A program made the translations under genes and the position numbers. Below, piece after piece: positions 13,130-25,628 of a DNA stretch of 64,000 nt. Location of the stretch: NCBI GenBank assembly GCA_965645245.1, contig OZ287074.1, positions 1,984,001 to 2,048,000 of the forward strand. Direction: 5' to 3'. This DNA comes from Massalongia carnosa. Lineage: Eukaryota. Position 1 is the stretch's first letter. Each line of letters begins with the position of its first letter. The notes below the pieces were generated by a model, which saw only the letters and a list, made by a program, of their open reading frames with translations, did not search any database and was not told the origin of the DNA.

Positions 13130-16100
13130 TCATGTTTCGGATTTTGTCGAAACCCACCCTGTTCCACTCCACAAACTTCGACGTGAGGAGGTTGCGGAGC
13201 TTATCGGGCCATTAGAATGTCGCGGTATCTTGACGGTTTGGAGAAGCTTTATCAACTGCTCTTCAAAAGTAAATTGGAACCTTCCAGTAACATAAGCCAA
13301 CGCAGTCAGACCTTTCTTGTCTTTTGTCTCCACATTTGCGCCTGCGTCTAGCAGCGCTTGGGTCGAGATTAGGCGTTCTTGAGCGTTGGCAGAGGCTCTC
13401 GCAAATTCATGCAGCGCCGTTCTACCCTCGACGTCTTGCGCTGTAACATCTGCTTTATGTTGCACCAATAACTGCACCAAAGCTCCGTTTTCTCCTCTGG
13501 TATTATGTAGTGCAGTCTTGCCATTGCTATCTCTTGCTTGGACATCTGCTCCTGCGTTGATAAGCCACTGAACAGCAGCTTTTTGCTCTCTTAAATCCTC
13601 CTTACTATAAAGTAACTCATCATTCATAGCTGCCATGTGTAGTGGTGTTCTGCAAAACCTATCTTTTGCGTTTACATTTGCCCCCTTTTCTATAGCGATT
13701 TTGGTGGCAGCTTCATTAAACTTGGATAGGGTGTGGAGTACAGTTCTTCCGTTTACATCTTCTGCTTTAACATTGGCCTCTGCATCTAAAAGTAGATGTA
13801 TCATAGCCGCCTGCCTTAACCTTATGCCGCTTAAGAGGTGTCTATTGTGGATGTAATCCTTGCGAAGATAAGCCGCTTCAAGCAATGGCGTCCTTTTCAT
13901 GGAGCTTTCCGCCTCAATGTTAGCTCCTTCCTTCAAAAGTAGCCGAGCGATAGCCTCTTGGCGACCTCTTACGGCGTGGTGTAACGCAGTAGTCTTTTTC
14001 TTCTTGTCTTTGACGTTGATATCGGCTCCACTTCTAATCAGCATTAGTAGTTCTTGCTCGAGCCCATTAGCAGCCACATAATGCAGCATAGTTCCCTCTT
14101 CTGACATCAAGTTAACGTTGGCACCGGCTTCAATCATAAGCGTCATCATCTGAGGCGTATTAACCTTTTCCCAGCGATGATAAACCGCACTAAAAAGTGC
14201 TGATCGCCCCCACTTGTCTACAGCATCAACACTAGCGTTGTTTTGCAATAGAATATTCACTGCGGACTCGCTGTCTGCATTAGCTGCCGCATGAAGTGCT
14301 GTCATTCCGCTTGTATCTTTGGCCCTGATACTTGCCCCCTTACTTACAAGAAACCTCATCACCGCTACATGCCCAGTCCTAGCTGCGCAAAAGAGAGGTG
14401 TGCGATTGGCTTCATCCCGAGCATCAAGATCGGCATCCTTGCGCTCGAGCAGTAGACGTACCGTGTCGTTCAATCCTAGGGCAGCAGCGGCATGTAAGGG
14501 TGTCATCATATCAAAATTAGGGAAGAGCTCAGGGGAATAGAGCGTCGGACGACTTCGATCGAATTTAACAAAACGCATGGAATTTCTCAAGTGGCCAATG
14601 CGATTCATGAGCTTAAGGCTTAAATTTTGGTTCTCTTTGCTTGGTCCATCCTTTTCATGATGACTCCATTCATTCGCGGCGTATCTAATGAAAGGGTACC
14701 GCTGAATGAATTGTTGACCGAATTTCGAAAAATTCAGCGTAGAGTGCAGCTTCTCTTCCCTGGTAAGATATACGTCTATTCCATCGCTTTCATCGGTTTT
14801 TCCTTGAATGTTATCGTAGCTTTCATCACTATTTGCTCCATCATGTACACTAAGAAAAATGCTTCGACTGCTATATTTTTTATTTCTTTCACCTGCACTA
14901 GTTTCTACTTCGATCTCCTTTCTCTGGGCTCCGCTAGTGGTGCTTCCCTCAGACTCGTCCATTAGGTTCAACTTAGGTATACTTTCGGTGTCTAAGTTAT
15001 CCGTAACTTTGAAAGAATCTGGAGTTCTTTCAATCAATTCCAACTTGGGCACGCTTTCTTTATATAATGCATCCCCATTTTGGAAGGGATCTGCCTCAAA
15101 GTCATCAAACAGAAGGTATGTAAGACAAGTAGTTACTATTATTTCTTCACCTTGGGGGAAGATAGCCTTACGGCGATCTCGCAGAAACTCCTGGATCGAA
15201 AAATGTATGAACCGAAAAGTTTTCTCCTCGATGGTGATCAGACCCCCGGAACATTCGATTACACTTTTCGGTAATGGGCAACCATCCTGATCCAGGCTGG
15301 TATCTTCTGGATGAACAGAGAGAGCTTGGCAAAGCTCTTCTACAAGGAGTAGTCGTTTCGCGTGGCATATCCACATTATACTATTCATGCCGAGCTCGGC
15401 GCGGCTCTCTGGTTGTCGTTGAACTCGCTTTAGTGTCTCCTCAAACACCGCATCCAACCCGGTAGGCATCTGCTTGAGCGCTTTACGCATCCCTCTCTTT
15501 GTTGACTGACTTAGGATATTTGAAATTTGCAATGCGGGGAGCAAAAACCTAAGTCACAGATATTAGAGAAGCGCCTACAATAACAAACACTGCTGAAGCA
15601 GGAAATAGAGAAACGAACATTCCTTGCGCATTATTTACAATTTCCTTTATGATCTCTTCCTTCAAAGCGTTATCAACGATATCTTCTATAATGTCGTCCT
15701 CATCAATTTTTTCGGTTACATACTTCCTAATGTCCGAATCACTAGCTTCAACAGTAATCTGAGGCGAATCACCAAGGGCTCTTCTAATGTCCTCGGGATG
15801 AGGACGGCTGGTAATGAAAAGCCTTGCTGTTTTCTGAAGGGCTTTTAGGCTCTGTAGGAAAGCCCTTCTGGGATTTCCAGAGTCGCATTCGTCTAACGCA
15901 TCAACCACAATAAAAATCTGGCGAAACTCATGACATGTGATCTCGATACAAAGCTCAAGATCTTTCAGTTGGGGGCGTTCATTTTGCCTCTGTAGTCGAT
16001 CGTAGAGTTCGTTTACCACACGTGGGAGGAATGATAACTGGCCAGCAAGTTGCCTCAATATACTTGCCATCATGTTGGGTACCTGCTGCTGCTCCTGGTC

Positions 16101-17031
16101 TCGATAGTCACAGTATACGAAAGCAATACCGGTCTCGTGAATAGGAAATGAAAGTTTCAAATGGTCAATGACCAGTGATCTGGGGAGAGTTATTAGCTTG
16201 ATTATCCTCCCATAGATAGACTGCATCGTAAAGTACGAAAGAATTGTCTTCCCAGCCCCTGGAATACCATGGCACCACAAGATGCTTTGTGATAGCGACT
16301 CATTGCACCAGCTTTGGAACTCATTGGTGTCCAACAGCCACTGTCCCGTCCCTTCTAGCCGCCGAGCACATATGTCCCGATGCTTCTGCTCCGGCCGTAG
16401 TGTAGAAAGCCATTGCAGAATGGCTATCTCTTTGTCGTCTGTTGACGCTGATGAGAAGAGTTGTAATGGGGTAAATGATAATTGTAATACCATGGACTTT
16501 CTGCCTCAGAACTTGAACAGATGAGCTCATCTTTGCAACTTCGCTTCCAATCACACGAGAAAGCTCGCTGCCACGTGTGAGAATTCTGTATAATTAAGTA
16601 GAACCTAACGATACTCACACATGATCGTTTTGTAGGGCTAGTATGAACAGAGTCTTCTGTCGTTCAATACTGCCGAGAATCTGCGCTACGTCCTTCTTCT
16701 TGAAAGGCCAGATAAGCGCTCTTCCGGCCTTCTTCAAGCCAATCAACGGTTTCAAGTCTGCTGCAAGCTGTTCCAATGCCACCCTAAATTGCGTCAACGG
16801 ACCATTGGGGCCATCGAGTGACCTCATCGTCGATAGCCAAGTCTCTGTAGACTCTGCACTAGCCACGAGATCCCTTAAGGTCGATAATATACCTTGGACG
16901 CCACTGATTTCCACGAGGATCCTGGTGCTATCTCTTGAGGCATTCTTAACATCGTTGAGGACACTCACCACTGAAGCAGAGATTTGCAGGATAGCAATGA
17001 CCGAAGCCGTGATGCCAAGAACTTCTGCCAT
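13130..17031 (-). CDS. fungal NLR-like protein: N-terminal HeLo-like/SesA-type helical domain, NACHT NTPase, winged helix, ankyrin repeats; multi-exon
   Basis: MAEVLGITASVIAILQI N-terminus; EGTGQWLL; Walker A HGIPGAGKT; Walker B FIVVDALDEC; LFITSRP; FIHFSIQEFL; about 10 ankyrin repeats (TPLH/TALH..GADVNA). Confidence 0.9.
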
Positions 17032-18156
17032 CTTATATTTCTATGTCCGTAAATGAGCGGGAACGGGAAAACCGTGGTGTAGTGGGTTACACCAGCATCC
17101 TCGGCAGGGCTGAGAAACTGGTTTCCTCGGACCTGACCCAAAGACCGAAGTGGCGATTATTTACTCAAGCGCGCGGCTGTCTACTATCTGTCCCGAGTTG
17201 GAAAGCCCATATCTATACAAAGAGCTTATCATACATTATCAGCGATGCCGAAACTCCCGTGCTTATTCAAAGCTCCTTCGTGGCCGCGCACAGCTTCTAA
17301 CAACTAATATATTCCGTCGCTCTAGTCTTCCACCTCATCTCCCACCCTCTAGAAATCCCGCTCTTCCCTCCCCCCCCCCCCCCACACAGCAAACGCAACG
17401 TCCCTACCAGCACCGGCCAAATAAAGTGAGAGCGTACTGTACGTTCGGAACACGGGTTACCGACAGCGAGGCGGGAGATCAAGTAAGTGTTATCGAAAAA
17501 GAGATAGTAAATACGGACAAAAGTGAAGCAGAACAGGCATGTGTACGGGAAGAAGAACAAGATGGGAGTGGCTGAATGCGGTGTTGATCCATAGATGGGG
17601 CATGGATAGGGCTAAGGGACATGGAAGGTGTAATGGATGATGCATCATCAGCGTGCGCGGCGCGCGAAATTTGTGATTTCGGGGGTTTCTCCAATCGCAC
17701 AGAGAGATTTTTGATTCTTTCATTCAAGAACCGCTTGATGCTGATTGATCGACGGGCGTTCTTTGATCATTTCGTGTCTTAAGCTATTTGTCTACCATTT
17801 ATCGACGTTTTAATAACGTTGTATGTAGTAGGTATTTGAAAAGCAGAAGTACGAGTAATCTAGAGACAGCAGCAATTTCCGTCATGTATCCACCTTGGGG
17901 TAGAAACGTTTCGTACCTTATCGTACTTTATGCATCCATCTACTTCGGTTCTCAGCATTCAAACATCCCGACAAAAGGCACCTGTCTAGAGATAGGTATT
18001 CGATGTGTGAAATATAATTACATTCTAAACAATCATGCCGCTCAAATCCAACGATCCACCACCAGTTTACGTTACACATAACCAACAAGCTAAATGCCCT
18101 AGCCCCTTTCAGAGTAACCAACGCCCGGAGAAATGCAGACAATGTATAAGTGGCAC

Positions 18157-21100
18157 TCAAACCATGGCTCTCTCCACGAACCGGGCCAGTTCCAGCGCTT
18201 TCTCCCCTTCCATCAGCGTAAAGTGATTCGCATGGTCCAAAGTTTCAACTACCACGTCCCCCCCTCCGAGTAGCGCATCCCACCCGTTCGGTCCAAAGTC
18301 GGTCCTATTGTTCAGCAGCCAGTTCATCTCCCGGGGATCGTCGGCCCTAGGCTCGGGCCTTGGATCGCCAGGGTTCTTGCACACTCCGTCTTTGGCCCAA
18401 ACGATGTGCGTCTTCGGACCGTGGCCGGGAGCGAAGGGCGTTGCGCGATATTTGTCCAGTGCGTCGACGAAGGCGAGGAAGTGAGGAATAAGCCAGCTGG
18501 GCGGGGCTTTGCCCTCGGCCGATCCGAACATGCCGATGCTGCTGAAGAAATCGTAGAGGCGTGGAGGGAGTTTCTCGAGGCCGATGGGGAAGGGCGAGTC
18601 GATGAGGATCAGGCGAGCGACAGTCTCACCGCAGCGTTCAAGTTCTTGAGCGGCATCAAAGGCGCATATGCCACCTGCGGACCAACCACCTAAGTAGTAT
18701 GGGCCGTGAGGCTGGCGGCGGCGGATTTCAGCTAGATAAGGAGGGGTGAGCTCTTCAAGACTGCATTTCATGTCGCGCGGAGACCTTATGTATGGACAGT
18801 TCAGGCCATAGACGACAACGTCTGACGAGATCGGCGGTAGAGGCGCATACGAAGTAGCGGAACCAGAGCCATCGGGAAACAGGAATAGGCTCTTAGTTGC
18901 GACCTTGGGATTCCCTTGGAGCATCATTGATGACGCTTTCGGGATCGTAGAAACCAATGATCTCGAAACGCGAATGTCAACAGTGGGGAGGATTTCCTCT
19001 ACCCTGGTAATCGGATCTGACTGGTGACTAACCGCTTTTGGGATCGAAGAGATTATTGAGTTCGAAACGTGAATGTCGATAATGGGAAGAATCTCCTCTA
19101 CCGTGACGATTGGCTCTCGCTTGAGACCAAGAGTCGCTTCAACCTCATCAAGAGAGTTATTATCAAGGAAAAGGCTTCCCGGTAGATCAAGGTTGAGTTC
19201 TTCGCGTAGTCTTGCAAGGACCGTAAGAGACAGGAGTGAGTCCAAGCCCAGTTCTCCAAAATCACTTGACCCCTTAAGCTCGTGTACTGAGATTCCAATT
19301 TCTTCAGCAAGTATGCACCGCATTGTGGCCATGACATCGATGTCGTCGAGATCGTCAGACGACGGATCAGTCTGATCCGTCTGATAACCACTCGATTCTG
19401 ACCTCGTCGCTGGGGTTGGACCGCCAGTAGAAGGTTGAGTGGATGCCGCTGTATCCTCATCACCGCGCAAAAACGTGGTCAACTCTCGCACCGAGAGATA
19501 GTCAGCAAACAACGAGGATGGCACGTCCAATTCAAGTTCCTCACGGAGCCTGCTAGTAATTGTCAACGATAGGAGCGAGTCAACGCCAAGGTCCGCAAAA
19601 AAGCTGCTGGGTACAAGCTCGGATGCAGCGAGACCAATCTCTTCTGCTATAATCTCGAGGGCCCGGACCACAAGATTAGGCTCACTTGGTACCGTATGTA
19701 CCGTTTCAGCCATAATCTTTGGAATCCTGTTGCCATGCGTCTTTTCTGCTTGGACACGAAGCTTTTCTGAAGTAGCTTGTGTGATTGTTTCCGCCTTTGG
19801 CTTCGGCGCAGGCAGAGAAGTGCTCCCTGATGGCAATAGATGATCAAGGACTCGACGGGGAACACCTTGAAACTATTTCAGGTCAGCATCCATATGTATT
19901 CAAGTGCCCAACCAGACTAACCTTCACGCCTTGGTAGATTGCTACCACGGTATCCTCGTCAAAGATGTACACGTCACCAGCAAACATCGTTCCGTCCACA
20001 TTTTGCATTCTAACGTACGTCCGATAGGTTTTGTCTCGTGAAAATCTGGTTGCGCAACGCATGGATTCCCATCCATGGTTAACAAATACTGTGCTTTTCG
20101 AGTCGATTGTTTCGTTGGCGTTCATAACAAATCCTGCCAGATGGCCGAGGCTGTCAATCCAGTATGGGCTGAAATAGAATTCACCGTCTTTTTTAGTTGT
20201 TTGAAACTCAACTCGGGCTGTGGCTTCGAGCTGAGCACTGTCAAGCACAACTTCTTGCATCCCTTGATAGCTTTGACCATAGTCCACCAAAGCACCAAAC
20301 AGCTTATAAGCCATCCCGCTTTTGAGTTTATGACTTTGCCCGTCTTCGACACTATGCTTCAAGGTGTCGATCCGACTTCGAATTAGGTATGCGCCGCGTT
20401 TCCATTCCTTCAACCACTCATCCTTGTTAGCGTAATTAACCTTGCAATTTGCGTGATCGGTTATCTTCTTGCCGGCCGCCGTAACGCTATAGATTTGAAG
20501 CGTGACTTGACGAGATTTCCAGTCGGCTGATGCTGAGGCCCGGAAAAGTTGTGCTCCTTTTCCGGTGGCAATTAGAGGTTTTTCAACAACCATTTCGGAG
20601 ACGGCCATGCTGACGCTATCTGATTGTTTGTCGGAAATCGCAAGGAGGTAGTCGCCAATCGTCAAGGCAATGTCCGCATAGAGTGACTACAACCATTAGT
20701 TAATTGTGTTCAAAACGTGAGAGGGGAAATTACCGAAGGGCAGAGAGCCGCGCCGTTAACTTTGTGTCCTTGGATAACGTTGGCAAGGGTTGGTTCCGAA
20801 AGATCCGACTCGATGATTACAGTAGATTTCTCACTACCTATGCTCTGGTCGACCACCCGCTGGACAGATGTAGTAGATAAAGGTGAGGATTTGTGAACAG
20901 ATGTGGGTGGTGCGACGCTGTCTCCTTTTGTAAGGCAAAAGTTGTTGCTGTATTGAATCCAGTGGTTCTTGCTGTCCCAACTGTAGGCCGGAAGCTTAAG
21001 AACTTCATGGGAGCCTTCAAAGTCGCGATGATACTCGTTCCAATTGATCTCAATGCCAGCTCTATGTAGTACGGCAATGCTCTCTCCAAGCGTTTTCCAA

Positions 21101-24100
21101 GTATCTCCGTTGCGTCGAAGCGATGCGAGAGCAAATGTTTGAGGACCGAATATCGATTTGAGCATTCCAGAACATACCGGATGAGCTCCGATCTCAACCC
21201 ATAGAGTCTTTTCACTCACGACGCCGGCTGCTCTGGCCGTTTCTATGCCGCCAAGGAAGTTAACCGTCTTCCGGCACGCCTGGCGAAGATAGGACGGATT
21301 GAGTATTCCGCTATTGCTCACCACGGCTTGAAGCAGAGGTGAAATGAACGGTATTGCCGGCTTCTCGAACACTGCGCCTTGAGCTGCGCTCTCAAAGTCT
21401 TGGAGTATAGGTTCGACTTGAGCCGAGTGGAACGCGAATGGAACTTCAAGTTTAACGCATTTGAGACCAAGCGTCGTAAGAAGGTTTGAAAGGGCATCGA
21501 TCTCGACAACATTTCCGCTAATCACAATTTCATTTGAACCATTGATACAGGCAACTTCACAGGTTGTTCCTGCAAGATGAGGGGTGATATTAGAGAGAGG
21601 TGATTTGATGGCAAGCATGACGTGTGTACCAGCGCTGCAGCGTTGTTCAAGCATCTGAGCTCGAGTTCCGGTCAAATATATTGCGTCGCTAGCAGAGAGA
21701 ACTCCCGCAACATGGAGCGCTGCGTACTCTCCCAAACTATGGCCGGTTACGGCGCTCGGAGTGACTCCCCATGAGATCCAAAGTCGAGCAAGTGCCATTT
21801 GTGCACAAGCGGCACCCACTTGAGTGACGACTGGGCTCAAGTCTTTGAATTCAGTTGAGCTACCATCAACCAAGGAAAGGAAACTTGGAAATCCCTGGCT
21901 CTGGGCTATATTATTGAAACGTCGAATGTCTGCCTGGAATGATGACACATTTTCGAAGAGCTCTCGAGCCATGCCAGTGTAGGCTGAACCTTGCCCTGTG
22001 AACACAAAAGCCACACTTGGAGACTTGGCGGGGATTGGTTTGAGATTAGTGAATGGAGTCAGGTCTCGCAAAGCTTGCTGGACGGTTTGTAGATCGTGAC
22101 CGGCAACGATGGCGCGGAAACTGTGATGTATGCGACGAGCAGTTGATGTGTAAGAAAGCGATGGAAGTGACAAGTCTGGAGTGTCATCAATAAAAGTGAG
22201 CAGCGCTTCAACGTTACGCTGTAGCGATGCGATGCTTTTGGCTGAGACGGCCACAAGGTGACAAGACCGACTGTCTCGTACTTCTTTGGAGACAGCTGCA
22301 GGTGCATCTTCCATGAGCAGAGCGGTGTTCCCTCCAGCCGCGCTGAAGTTGTTCATGAACACGGTGCGCTTACCATTCTCGGGTCTTTTCCAGGAAGCAG
22401 GTTCCAACGCGATGTTGACATTGCGTGCCTTGAGATCTGTAGGGAAATTATGGTTGATCTTCGTCTTGATACCGCAATGCGGTGGAATCTCATTGTTTTT
22501 CATCATCAGTAGGACCTTGATCAGCGAGGTGACGCCTGAGGCTGATTCGGCATGACCAACATTGGCCTTTGCTGATCCTAGATGAAGTGGGTTTTGAGAG
22601 CCACGTGGAGTTTTTGCGAAAACTTCCAAAACTGAACTCATTTCGACAGCGTCCCCCGTTTGTGTTCCTGTGCCATGCATCTCGATGTAACTTACATCAA
22701 GAGGCCCTAAGTTTGCGGTTTTCAGCATCTTGTCGAAAATGAACGCTTGAGCGCCCACATGTGGTCGAGTCATTCTGCAGTATGTTAGGTTAGTGCTTAA
22801 GCCTGTGGGGTTGGGCATTGTCAACGTACGAATCTGCTTCTGCGGAATGGTTGGTGTAAGCTCCGAGAAGCACCCCGTAAATGGGATCGTGGTCTGCTTC
22901 AGCATCCTCTAATCGCTTCAGGATAACGGTTCCCACGGCATCGGCTCTGCAATAGCCATTTGCCTCATCGTCAAACGTGTTGCAGTTGCCTGTGGTTGAT
23001 AGAAAATGACCTCGATCAAGACCAGCAAAGTTATCGGGGTTTGTCATAACGTTCGTCCCACCTGCGACGGCAGTGTCACAATCACCTCTCCAGAGCGAAT
23101 TGCAAGCTGTATGGATAGCAGCAAAACTTGAAGAGCATGCCGTATCAATGCTGAAGCTGGGTCCGCTAAACTTAAAATGATAATTGATGCGGCCTGGAGT
23201 GAAAGCACGATTTCCTCCTGGGATGAAATATGTATCAACATTTTGACCACTGTTGACTTCTCTCCAGTCATCACTTGTCATGCCGTAGAAGGTACCGACA
23301 CGGTTTCGTTGCGATGAGGGAGTCCGGTCTGGTACGAAACCAGCCATCTCAAGTGCTTCATAGGCCGTGGTTATCGCTAGGCGCTGACCTGGATCTGCAT
23401 TCGCAGCTTCTCGTGGGGACATGTTAAAGAACCGAGCATCAAATAAGCCAGGTTCTTTGATCCAGCAGCCGTGCTGTACCTTGCTTGTGTTCTTTTTCTT
23501 CCCTGTGGGGTCAAAGTGAGCTTTGACATCGAATCGATCTGGAGGAATTTCTCGATGCACGTCAAGGCCCTTATGCAAGAGGTCCCAGAACTTTTCGTTG
23601 CTCTCCGCATCCGGGAACCTTCCCGAATAGCCAACAATCGCAATCTTCGCCTCCGCTGCTTTGCCTGTTGGTCGTGCAGTACCAGGGTCTCGTACGTCCT
23701 TTATCATGGCGTTGCTGACCGTCACGTCCATTTTGCGAGCTTGCCGAAGGGAAGCTGCAAACGATTGTGAGAAATTTGGGCTGTTGATGATAGAATAAAT
23801 ATTGCACTGCGAGACAACGTCGATCTTGCCAAAAGTAGTTCCACATTCCTTAAGAACATTGTCCCAACGAAGTTGCTCCACCAAAATGTCTCGCAACACG
23901 ACTCGGATGAGGGATCCATAGTCCGGCGCAAGGGTGATTTTCCCGGTTGAACAAGAGATGAAAGGCAGCTTGGTTGCGTAGGAGTTCAACACCTTCATGT
24001 TCGAAGATTCAAGAATCGCGTCCACATCAGATGGACCATATAGATGAGCTGCGTGGTAAGGAGCATGGATAGGAAGCCTAATGTGCTTCAGAGCAGAAAA

Positions 24101-24905
24101 AACCGAAGTCTGAAGTAGTGCGTTAAGTGTCTTTGGTGGGCCGCTGACTGTCACGCTATTTGGATTGATAGCACTCAAGTATGGCCGTGAAGTTCGGGAA
24201 TAGCCCTGTTTGCATTAACGGAGCCATGGCTCTTCGATGTCGCGGAAATAGTTACCTTTGCTGCTGAGAATACATTCAGCTCCTTTAAGGCTTGGCTCTC
24301 GTCCATTCCCACTATCACCGACCACATGGGTAATTCACTTTGAGAACTTCGCTCGATGTCATCCCGAACCTCAATAGAGCGAAGTCCTGTCCGAAATGCA
24401 ATGAGAACCGCTTCGACCGCAGCAGGAAGTAGTTCGAAGACACTTGTTGAAGTACTTATGGCAGCAGCTGCAAGGGACCCAGTACAGAGACCAAGGACAA
24501 CTGTATCCGACGAGCATGGGAATGATCTCGACCCGTCGCCATGGTACCTGATGGGTGTTAGCACTACCGAGGATAAGAGCGGACCCGTAACTCATACTTG
24601 ATGAAGCGAGCAAGTTGGCTCAAACACATCAGAGCCAGTTCAAGGGCTGGATTGCTTCCAGAATCGGACTTCCTGGCCAAAAGATCAATGATGGATGAGA
24701 ACCGGGGGAACAATTCTTGTCGCGAAACTGGAAGTCCAGATATTTCCAGACGCAGAGCATAGTGAGACTGTTCAAAGAAAGACGATAACACCTCGCAGCC
24801 TTTGACGTGGAGAAGCTGAGTTAGCTCCGATTCAAACGAATTTGTCTGATCTCCAAAGAAATAGACGCCACACGATGAATCTATGGCTCCTCCTGTGTAG
24901 TCCAT
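18157..24905 (-). CDS. non-reducing iterative type I PKS (SAT-KS-AT-PT-ACP-ACP-TE/CLC), about 6 exons
   Basis: ATG at 24905 (MDYTGG..FFGDQT); SAT GLCTG; KS DTACSSS, EMHGTGT, NVGHAESASG; AT GHSLGEY and FAFHS; PT GHKVNG and WIDSLGH; two ACPs LGVDSLLS and LGLDSLLS; TE FLFPDGSGS, GGWSAGG, NHFTLM. Confidence 0.96.
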
Positions 24906-25321
24906 TTTGACAGCAGAAGGGGGTAGCGAAGAGATTGGGAGCGACAAGTGAGAAGATCAAATCATCAATGATCATCAGGTAAGGAGGTTAAAGGTATCAA
25001 AGAGAGTCATGCTTGACGATAGATAGAAGAAAAACAATTTGGCATACCGGGCACACTGATAAATATACTATCAGTCGCATTGATACATCTAGAAGCTTGA
25101 GGTTGAATTCTCTTCGGTCTGTATACAGTAGGATCGTGTCAAACGTGTACGGGAACCGAAGAGTCAGCAACGTAACCACCGGCCAGCCCATCATCCAGAA
25201 CAATTCCATCATCGAGAATTATTTCCGTCAGAGACATCAGGCAACTCTGATTCCATCCAACATTCTGGTTTTAGCAGTCTATTTTGAGGTGGTAACTCCC
25301 AGATACGAGTTGGCGGGTTCG

Positions 25322-25332
25322 TCGGTTGCCGA
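25322..25332. promoter_or_regulatory. AflR-type palindromic site TCGGTTGCCGA in the PKS/OAH divergent promoter
   Basis: Matches TCG-N5-CGA, the established AflR site; the same motif recurs in other cluster promoters. Confidence 0.65.
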
Positions 25333-25628
25333 ATTTTGGGTCGCATGGCGCAGTTTTGGCTTCGCGATCAGACGCTCGTGGCCTTCTAGCGTCCACCACG
25401 TGGTTATGCCTCCAACACCGAGATGATATGTTTTGTTCGGTTTTCACTTCATAGAAAGAAGACCCAAGTAATACTAAAGATAAGTCTGAATCCGCAAAGC
25501 CAACAGTACCTTTAGCGGTGACTGTCGATTTTTGTCTTTTGGCGCCACATTTTTTTTGGGTTCGCAGACAACTTCGTTATATTAAAACTTTCTGATCTGG
25601 ATATTTTCTGCTTTTCAATGTAGTCGCC

